DNA from: Bacillota bacterium
GTDB taxonomy: Bacteria > Bacillota > Clostridia > Christensenellales > DTU072
Length of the DNA stretch: 64,000 nt
Direction of reading: 5' to 3'
NCBI GenBank assembly: GCA_009781445.1
Contig: WQYD01000001.1
Span: 73,126 to 137,125, forward strand
How positions within the stretch are numbered: the stretch's first letter is position 1; each line of letters starts with the position of its first letter. Made by a program: the position numbers and the translations under genes. The notes under the pieces were generated by a model. It saw only the letters and a program-made list of their open reading frames with translations, was not told where the DNA came from and did not search any database. Below are positions 58,401-64,000 of this stretch, in pieces.

Positions 58401-59199
58401 CGATTTCTTACTATGCGGTGAAAGATCATTCGCCCTTATGTTTGAACATAATGACTTAGTGTTCAGGTTCATTCTTCGTATGGACGCAGACACAGCAAGG
58501 AATTACAGCGAAAAACATGTTATTGAACGCGCACCCGCACCCTCAAGCGGTGAATGGTTTAGCGTACTTGTAGACGGTTCGTTTGCAAGCAAGCAAGAAG
58601 TTTACGCGCTTCTTGAAGCAAGCTACTTCTTTACATACTATAAGTTCGTTCGCCAAAGCGATGACGGCGGAACAGCGAAAGACGAGCAAGAATTCATTGA
58701 ATTTGAAATCAAGCGCGCCGCACCGGATATTGATGCTTGTTCAGCAATAGCAGAACAAGAATATCAATCCGCACTTGAACGCTACAAGGCAAGAACATAT
58801 TCTAACTTTATCTTAAAGCGCAAAGATATCACAGCATATATGCGCGGATTGGGTAATCCTGAAATAAGCGCGGTGGATCGCCCCAAGCAACCGCAATTAC
58901 CTGCCTCAATCAAGCTAAACGGTAAAACATTTGCAATGCTTTATGCTATTGATGACGGCGTTCTTATGATAGTTCGCTTATCCCCAGCAGATGCCAAGGC
59001 GCTTGCGGAAAACCACCCCGAAATTTGCCGTGCAAGTTTCCCCAAGGGTTCACACTGGTACCACTTACCGATAGACGGTGCGTTCAAGAGCAGAGAAGCT
59101 GTGTACAGCGTTCTTGATTCCGCCCGCGAATTCGTGAATCAAAAAGAACAAGGCAAAACCGCAGCGCAAAAGGCAATGACGATTAAACGCCCCGAATAA
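55405..59199 (+). CDS. Membrane-anchored 1,264-aa protein: N-terminal TM, InlB-B-like repeat region, three YjbR/MmcQ-like domains and a ~500-aa coiled coil
   Basis: TM ISLAIIIACFLLGVLVMHIILWLL is followed by ERAKERR. KFAHWYLDG is an InlB-B-type repeat. A Glu/Ala/Leu/Lys/Gln heptad-rich region spans about 56870-58290. Three segments share the pattern PD(Y/F)LL..(F)..(F/Y)......LRLSP(E/A)(D)A......H......P.G..WY.L..DG.F....EV....D.SY. Confidence 0.65.
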   Translation: MRILISLAIIIACFLLGVLVMHIILWLLERAKERRLLQSLLPKDFQVTFVLNDGSGVSIPVTVKADAYADKYAPTATKAGSKFAHWYLDGTPETVAYNMKTKTKKDLTLQAYFTVNRHIVSVQDGSFFIDGLATLDGKAQMGQRIDLVSAGAPEGYVFSKFASDDAVILATQSGGAFFMMPDKPVRVRTAFTAIPKAEEPKVEVPAPVIVQAPAPVVVEEPKVVVLKGFLLREDVFEHVENMGLNISRFPIRPDAKNNGRYTGMPDYLLVNNEVFSHINAYEEIVFNIALRLSPESARLHSIYHNLHHMAYPLGGDWYNLAVDKTFNQKKEVFVIIDDSYDYVISLKKSKELADLEANRAMRAQAECDLRQAVSVAVDKERREYDKLEIERLQGALAEASIPARRTSCSASNPNPSVFLMQQPMQVRETYANMGCPMISNGCARASQFRCLATTAFCQPATVCNTSNDCPMYRDACKLRKQLEMQTSAQNDAKDAKYELRKEVEVLRNQVQKYNETFEANEALTKEVARLHDQIAYQIAKEEDAKQAIEELKQEIANLEALGEQNGALNEEIATLKEELATQEEAFATNAEELKKEIEALQREIENLLQALAEEGIRPLTMDELREEIERLRALINAQAEVQKQAGEIITNLRAEMNKLKACPLVSEDGKVNEEVQNEIAGLREQIAQQTATQESARKLNEELSKQIERLLKQLGLSEDAENDALRAEIEALKAQLGEQGEEARENAEIAELLNEIENLYEQVCDKEEEQAIAVLTEDAVKQAQAELQEKIDALQNEVDALKAKAEGEVALLENSKIEELIAENENLKNQLVSQADQANEALRLEVLSAAQEEANIAIDALKAEIATLQEELDRLRAQLGEYETGNEVSEVLRGEIDGLRTVIETLNTQLDIVNADKDQALKEIEALKEQIQDAKDTADSENEELRQEIEQLQEQIEDGAIQKVMTLSRQDILDHCSEMCNDPRFPVAPRNLEQTDELPDFLLCGERSFALMFEHNDLVFRFILRMDADTARNYSEKHVIERAPAPSSGEWFSVLVDGSFASKQEVYALLEASYFFTYYKFVRQSDDGGTAKDEQEFIEFEIKRAAPDIDACSAIAEQEYQSALERYKARTYSNFILKRKDITAYMRGLGNPEISAVDRPKQPQLPASIKLNGKTFAMLYAIDDGVLMIVRLSPADAKALAENHPEICRASFPKGSHWYHLPIDGAFKSREAVYSVLDSAREFVNQKEQGKTAAQKAMTIKRPE

Positions 59200-59207
59200 G
59201 TTAAATT

Positions 59208-59238
59208 AAAAAAGCCACCTGAAAGGGTGGCTTTTTTA
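59208..59238 (+). terminator. Rho-independent terminator of the surface-protein operon
   Basis: A-run, AGCCACC (59212-59218) pairing with GGTGGCT (59226-59232), then TTTTTT. Confidence 0.8.
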
Positions 59239-59239
59239 A

Positions 59240-59424
59240 AGGGCATAGGGCATAGGGGTGGAATCTAAATCTCATTATTAATAGTGAAACGAGAAACATG
59301 AAACGAGAAACATGGTGGAATCTAAATCTCATTATTAATTAATCCACAATTCTGCATTCTGAATTCTTAATTCTGAATTAAAAAATTCCACCCCTATGCC
59401 CTAAACCCTATGCCCTATGCCCTC
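59240..59424 (+). repeat. Palindromic heptamer-array element, copy H (composite with two cores)
   Basis: (GGGCATA)x2, truncated core 59257-59283, GAAACGA-type array, full core 59314-59351, AATTCTG-type array, AAAAAATTCCACCC, then (CTATGCC)-type inverted arm to 59424. Confidence 0.9.
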
Positions 59425-59454
59425 AAAAAAGCACCGCTTTCGCGGTGCTTTTTT
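59425..59454 (-). terminator. Hairpin terminator for yaaT, bidirectional in form
   Basis: AAAAAA, GCACCGC (59431-59437), TTTC, GCGGTGC (59442-59448), TTTTTT. Confidence 0.8.
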
Positions 59455-60283
59455 AGTCGTCTTCGCTTTGCTTTTGCTTCGCGCCTACCTTATCAAGGGG
59501 GTAGGTTTTAAATTCGTAAGAACCGTCTTTCCCTTCTATTTTCACTTTAACTTGTTGCTTTAAAATGTCGTGCGAGATTACTATGCCCATGCCGTCTGGC
59601 GTATCTGCCTTGGAATTAATCTTGGGCATTTTTTTGAACATTTCTTGATAGTAAGGGTGTTCGTAACGCAAACAACACATAAGTTTTCCGCAACAACCGC
59701 TAATTTTTTGGGGGGATAGGGAAAGCCCTTGCAGTTTTGCCATTTTAATTGTTACCTTATCGTAATCATTCAAATGCGTTATGCAACAGCAGGGGCGTCC
59801 GCAACTGCCAAGCGCACCGCGCAGTTTAATTTCGTCTCTTTCATAAATTTGCCTAAGTTCAATGCGCACACGGAAAACATTTGCTAAATCCTTAACCAAA
59901 TCTCTAAAATCAACCCTGCCGTCTGCGGTAAAATGAATTATCACTTTACTGCGATCAAGGGTATATTCCGCATCGGCAACTTTCATTGAAAGCCCGTGTT
60001 CTAAGCATTTTTCAGTGGCAGAGGCAATAAGTTCGCCTCTTTCAGAAAGGTTTTTTTCGTGGCGCGCATCGTCTGCGGGGGTTGCTTTGCGCAAAACGGG
60101 CTTTAAGGGTGGCACGATTTCCTTATCGGAAACTTCTTTGTTTGCAAACGCAACTTTGCCGTACTCAATTCCGCGTGAGGTTTCCACCACCGCGTGATCT
60201 GAATCGGTAAAATCTATGCCGATAGGATCAAAGTAATAAACCTTTGAACCTGTTCTAAATTTAATTCCAACAACTATTGCCAT
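59453..60283 (-). CDS. ricT: PSP1-domain protein YaaT/RicT
   Basis: VVGIKFRTGSKVYYFDP, Cys cluster GSCGRPCCC...GCCGKLMCCLRYE. Located downstream of holB as in Bacillus. Confidence 0.9.
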   Translation of the reverse strand: MAIVVGIKFRTGSKVYYFDPIGIDFTDSDHAVVETSRGIEYGKVAFANKEVSDKEIVPPLKPVLRKATPADDARHEKNLSERGELIASATEKCLEHGLSMKVADAEYTLDRSKVIIHFTADGRVDFRDLVKDLANVFRVRIELRQIYERDEIKLRGALGSCGRPCCCITHLNDYDKVTIKMAKLQGLSLSPQKISGCCGKLMCCLRYEHPYYQEMFKKMPKINSKADTPDGMGIVISHDILKQQVKVKIEGKDGSYEFKTYPLDKVGAKQKQSEDD

Positions 60284-60331
60284 ATTTCCTCACTTTAAGG
60301 AATCCGCTTTCCTTTGCGTTTTGCGGAAGTT

Positions 60332-61159
60332 TTATATGTTCCTTAACTTATATTTTGATTCAAGAATTTCAAACAGCAACCCCTCGCCCACGGTTAGGGG
60401 GGAAATGTTTGATTGAAGTTTTTGCCTTGCTTTCGCACAGGATAAAAGCGACATTGCCACCGAAGCGGAAGAAAAGCCGTTTGCAAGCACATTGATATCA
60501 TATTCCCTTTCGCATATCAGCTTAAGGTTTGCGCGGGAAGCTATTTTTAATATATCACCGAGAACCACTTCCAAGAAATCAAGAAACAACGAAATGTTTT
60601 CTTTTTCAAAGGCAGGCGATTTTATAAACGAAGCTATATCCGAAGATTTTTTGCAATTAGAAAGCATATTAAACGCTTCATTTAGCATTTCTTGCGCGTT
60701 TGGTTCAAGAAGTTTTTTTTCGTAATCCTCTTTTAAATTGCTTGCGATATAAATCTTTTCCGCGCGCGAAAGAATCGTTTTAAGCATTCTGCCGTCTGAT
60801 TTAGCAAGCAAAACAATCACGCAACCTTTGGGCGGTTCTTCATAAATTTTTAAAAGTTTATTTTGAACTTGAGGGCTTAATGTGTGCGCGTTATCAATAA
60901 AATAAATCTTAGTGTCGCTTTCGTAACCCTTAATATAGGTATCGTCTATTAGTTTTTCGGAATCCTTAACCGTGAATTTAGAGTTTTGATTAAGAAACTT
61001 TATGTCTTGGTGGTTATCGGATAAAACCTTTTTGCAAACAAGGCATTCACCGCAACCGCCGTTTTTGCACAGGATATCCACGGCAAAGCTATAAGCCTTT
61101 TCGCGCCTTAAAATATCGTCCTCACAGAATATAATGTAAGCGTGAGAGTCCATTTTCAT
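60332..61159 (-). CDS. holB: DNA polymerase III delta' subunit
   Basis: HAYIIF, zinc module CGECLVCKK, NKLLKIYEEPP, TILSRAEKIY. The P-loop is degenerate. Lies between tmk and yaaT as in Bacillus. Confidence 0.8.
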   Translation of the reverse strand: MKMDSHAYIIFCEDDILRREKAYSFAVDILCKNGGCGECLVCKKVLSDNHQDIKFLNQNSKFTVKDSEKLIDDTYIKGYESDTKIYFIDNAHTLSPQVQNKLLKIYEEPPKGCVIVLLAKSDGRMLKTILSRAEKIYIASNLKEDYEKKLLEPNAQEMLNEAFNMLSNCKKSSDIASFIKSPAFEKENISLFLDFLEVVLGDILKIASRANLKLICEREYDINVLANGFSSASVAMSLLSCAKARQKLQSNISPLTVGEGLLFEILESKYKLRNI

Positions 61160-61791
61160 TTAACCGCACCCCTTTCTCTAAGCGCGCTTAAAATCTTTTC
61201 AAATGTTTCATTTTTATTATTGCAAGGCACAATCTCAACAATGCTTTTATCGTTTTGGGCAAGTTCCTTAAAGCCTTGGTACACAAGGGAATGAAAGCTG
61301 TCAGCTTCCTGTTCCATTCTATCACCGCTTACGGTTGTACCGCTTTGCTTGCGCCATGAGTTAAGCGGATTCATATCCAAAAAAATAGTTATATCGGGCA
61401 TTCTGTTTAAAGCAAATTTGTTTATTTCTAAAACTGTGCTTAGCCCTAATCCGCGTGCCTTGCCCTGATAGGCAAGCGAACTTGCGATAAACCTATCCGT
61501 TATCACGGTTTTGCCCTCGTTAAGCAGGGGCAGGATTTTGCTGAAAAAATGATCTGCACGCGCTGTGGCAAAAAGATAGGCTTCCACAAGCGGTGGCACA
61601 GTTTCGCCCTCGTTAAGCAAAAGCCCCCTGATTTTTTCGGCAAGTTCAGTACCCCCCGGTTCTCTTGTGAACACGGCGGATTGGTTGGTTTTTTGCATAT
61701 ATTCTTTTAAAAGGGCAAGCTGGGTGGATTTACCTACCCCCTCACAGCCCTCAAGGGCAATAAAAATACCTTGTTTTTCTGAATTTGCCAT
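61156..61791 (-). CDS. tmk: Thymidylate kinase
   Basis: FIALEGCEGVGKSTQ P-loop, TREPGGT, DRFIASSLAYQG. Confidence 0.95.
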   Translation of the reverse strand: MANSEKQGIFIALEGCEGVGKSTQLALLKEYMQKTNQSAVFTREPGGTELAEKIRGLLLNEGETVPPLVEAYLFATARADHFFSKILPLLNEGKTVITDRFIASSLAYQGKARGLGLSTVLEINKFALNRMPDITIFLDMNPLNSWRKQSGTTVSGDRMEQEADSFHSLVYQGFKELAQNDKSIVEIVPCNNKNETFEKILSALRERGAVK

Positions 61792-61796
61792 ACTCT

Positions 61797-63065
61797 TTAT
61801 TTTACCACAAAAATCTTATTAAAACAAAGCCCGAATAAATTATCTTTATTTTCATGAATAAAATCCGCCGTTTCCTTGGTGATAATATCACCGCCGAAGA
61901 TAAAAGGCACCCCTGGGGGATATAATCCGATTTCATTTATCGCCACGCGCCCGATTGAATCACTAATATCCTTAGCCTCAAATTCCGCACGGCAAGCGCT
62001 TAAATCAAGGCGTTTTACCTCTTCGGATAAACTTCCAAAATCCTTAATTATTCCTTCATTCTGAATTCTGAATTCTGAATTCTGAATTGGTTTTGAATTC
62101 TTAATTATTTTAAACACTTTTCCTAAGTGTTTAAAATTAAACGGCGTAACTATAAACACGATTAAATCTCTATAAACCGCCTCGGCGAAAATTCCTTTTT
62201 CCTCAAGATATTTGGCGGTTTCTTTTGCGTTTTTACATTTTATCACAAGGCGGGAAAAGTCGTCTGTTTTTAAAATTTCAAAATCTTTTAAGCCCTCTAA
62301 GTTTTTACCAAACTTATCAAGCGCGGTTTTAATCTTTAAATAATACTTTTCGCCGTTTTTATAAAAATCCTCTGAGGCGCGTTCTAAAGATAGCATAACA
62401 GGATATTGGGGGCTTGTGGAATGGATTTCATTCAGCGCGTTATGCACGGCAGGCGCGAACTTATCTTTAAAGTGAAGCATTGCACCGCCTGTAAGCACGG
62501 GAAGTGTCTTGTGGGCGGAATGCACCGCAATATCAGCGTAGCTTACGGCAGAATCAGGCAAAAGGCTTGAAAAAGCAAAATGCGCCCCGTGGGATTCGTC
62601 CACAATAACCGTAAGGCTTCCCCTTAATAAAAAATCGGCAGATTCGGAAAATGCAAGATTTCCGAAGTAATCGGGCGAAGTCAAGAATAACACGGTTGCC
62701 CCTGTTTCTTCCAAAGCCTTATTGATATTATCTAAATCTTTTACATAAAAAGCCTTAATCCCGTAAAGCCTTACCGCAGAAAACGCAGATTTGTGGCAAT
62801 TTCCTGCAATAAGCACGGTTTTATCCCTTACCGTATAAAGGGCAATATGAACCGCCGTTGTGCCACCGCCCGTAATGTAAACCGAATTCTCTGCGCCGTA
62901 AATTTCACTAATCCGCTTTTCACTTTTCAAAATCACACCTTGCGGATTCAAAAGATTATCCGAAAAGATAAGTTCAGTAATATCCTCATTATTAAGAACC
63001 CCGCTGTGGGCGGGGGTGTGGAATGAAATGTGGTTTTTGTGTTTTTTAATAGATTTTGAAAGCAT
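61797..63065 (-). CDS. Orn/Lys/Arg decarboxylase-family PLP enzyme (YaaO-like), with an in-frame heptamer-array insertion
   Basis: FHTPAHSG, the PLP-lysine motif SAHKTLPVLTGGAM, and a position upstream of tmk matching B. subtilis yaaO. I prefer ATG 63065. The ORF extension to 63122 is element-derived. Confidence 0.75.
   Translation of the reverse strand: MLSKSIKKHKNHISFHTPAHSGVLNNEDITELIFSDNLLNPQGVILKSEKRISEIYGAENSVYITGGGTTAVHIALYTVRDKTVLIAGNCHKSAFSAVRLYGIKAFYVKDLDNINKALEETGATVLFLTSPDYFGNLAFSESADFLLRGSLTVIVDESHGAHFAFSSLLPDSAVSYADIAVHSAHKTLPVLTGGAMLHFKDKFAPAVHNALNEIHSTSPQYPVMLSLERASEDFYKNGEKYYLKIKTALDKFGKNLEGLKDFEILKTDDFSRLVIKCKNAKETAKYLEEKGIFAEAVYRDLIVFIVTPFNFKHLGKVFKIIKNSKPIQNSEFRIQNEGIIKDFGSLSEEVKRLDLSACRAEFEAKDISDSIGRVAINEIGLYPPGVPFIFGGDIITKETADFIHENKDNLFGLCFNKIFVVK
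62046..62106. repeat. Intragenic heptamer array (CAGAATT)x4 plus ATGAAGGAA junction, read on the coding (minus) strand
   Basis: Plus strand: AATTATTCCTTCATT(CTGAATT)x4GGTTTTGAATTCTTAATT. It encodes ...PIQNSEFRIQNEGII..., the same peptide as in pflA. Confidence 0.9.
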
Positions 63066-63073
63066 ATTGATTA

Positions 63074-63177
63074 GGGTGCAGGTTGCAGGTTGCAGGATAC
63101 AGGGTTGGATTCTAAATATCATTATTAGTTAATTAATCCATAATTCTGAATTCTGAATTCTGAATTCTGAATTAATC
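63074..63177 (+). repeat. Palindromic heptamer-array element, copy J
   Basis: (GGTTGCA)x3 at 63074-63096, core GGTTGGATTCTAAATATCATTATTAGTTAATTAATCCATAATT at 63103-63145, then (CTGAATT)x4 to 63177. It fills the whole lysS-decarboxylase intergenic gap. Confidence 0.9.
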
Positions 63178-64000
63178 CTAATCCCTTGTCCCTTGCCCCT
63201 TTTCTGGTTTCATAGTTGGGAAAAGCAGAACATCTCTAATTGAAGCGGAATCGGTTAAAAGCATAACCATTCTGTCTATCCCTATTCCCAAGCCACCTGC
63301 GGGGGGCATACCATATTCAAGGGCGGTAACATAATCTTCGTCCATCATTTGCGCTTCGTCATCGCCTGCCTCGCGTGCTTTGGCTTGCTTTTCAAAGCGT
63401 TCGCGTTGATCGGCAGGATCATTCAGTTCGCTGAAAGCGTTGCCCATTTCGCGCCCGTAAATAAAAAATTCAAACCTTTCCGTAAGCCTCTTATCACTGT
63501 TTTTCTTTTTGGCAAGAGGGGAAACTTCCACAGGATAATCAATAACAAAGGTGGGTTCAATCAAATGCTGTTCCACTTTAACCTCAAAAAGTTTGTAAAG
63601 TGCTTCGCCCCATGTGGTTTTTTTATTGAGTTCCACACCTGCGTTTTTTGCACCTTCGTGGATTTTATCCATGTTCTTTGTTTTCATGAAATCCACGCCT
63701 GTGTGCTGTTTTACAAGTGAAGCCATAGAAACCCTTTTCCATTTGCCCGATAAATCAATTTCAGTGCCTTGGTAGTTAATCTTTCTTGTGCCAAGCACGG
63801 TGTCCAAGCAGTATTTAAACAGTTCTTCGGTTATATCCATCATGTCGTTATAATCTGCGTACGCTTCGTATAATTCCATGGCTGTGAATTCGGGATTGTG
63901 CTTAATACTCATGCCCTCGTTTCTAAAAAGCCTGCCCATTTCGTAAACCTTTAAAAAACCGCCCACAAGCAAGCGTTTTAAGTAAAGTTCAGGCGCGATT
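63178..64000 (-). CDS. lysS: Lysyl-tRNA synthetase (class II), 5'-truncated by the window edge
   Basis: The frame stays open to position 64000 (...[29 protein letters not shown]). Motif 3 is [14 protein letters not shown]. The 'M' at 63972 in the ORF track is an internal Leu (TTG). Confidence 0.9.
   Translation of the reverse strand, partial: IAPELYLKRLLVGGFLKVYEMGRLFRNEGMSIKHNPEFTAMELYEAYADYNDMMDITEELFKYCLDTVLGTRKINYQGTEIDLSGKWKRVSMASLVKQHTGVDFMKTKNMDKIHEGAKNAGVELNKKTTWGEALYKLFEVKVEQHLIEPTFVIDYPVEVSPLAKKKNSDKRLTERFEFFIYGREMGNAFSELNDPADQRERFEKQAKAREAGDDEAQMMDEDYVTALEYGMPPAGGLGIGIDRMVMLLTDSASIRDVLLFPTMKPEKGQGTRD

Noticed and set aside
60332-61159. holB lacking a Walker A P-loop, considered as a possible pseudogene
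   Set aside because: Delta' subunits commonly have degenerate nucleotide-binding motifs. The frame is intact and the zinc module and SRC-like motif are present.

Overview
This 64-kb chromosomal window has Firmicutes/Clostridia-like gene content and synteny: lysS, then a yaaO-like decarboxylase-tmk-holB-yaaT block on the minus strand, plus rplM-rpsI, pflB-pflA, pth, tadA, mtnN, glmM and potABCD. I can support 40 protein-coding genes, two of them partial at the window edges. I saw no rRNA, tRNA, CRISPR array, transposase, integrase or phage genes. About 40% of the window is giant cell-envelope protein genes. One is a ~4,131-aa InlB-B-repeat/GLUG protein (18683-31078). The rest is a four-gene operon (45383-59199). 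It encodes two paralogous cohesin-like/Ig-repeat proteins, a tiny membrane protein, and a membrane-anchored 1,264-aa coiled-coil protein with three YjbR/MmcQ-like domains. One of the paralogs also carries a dockerin and a ~353-aa region of 162-bp tandem repeats that is about 30% cysteine. The most unusual sequence-level signal is a dispersed family of modular palindromic elements, seen at 10 or more loci. Each has a conserved AT-rich core (GGTGGAWTCTAAATMTCATTATTAGTTAATTAATCCAYAATT) flanked by tandem heptanucleotide arrays (CAGCGCA, CAGAATT, CGTACTT, GAAACGA, GGGCATA, GGTTGCA) that recur inverted at the far end. Core-less, stop-free versions sit in frame inside pflA and the decarboxylase gene. 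Element sequence also supplies stop codons or terminal residues to several other CDSs. Other accessory content: one canonical and one degenerate Fic gene, a YafQ/DinJ toxin-antitoxin pair, a DUF3990 + 2x DUF3791 triad, an acetyltransferase-only GlmU, and low-complexity tails on rubrerythrin and PotD. All family assignments come from recognising motifs by eye. No database search or folding computation was possible.
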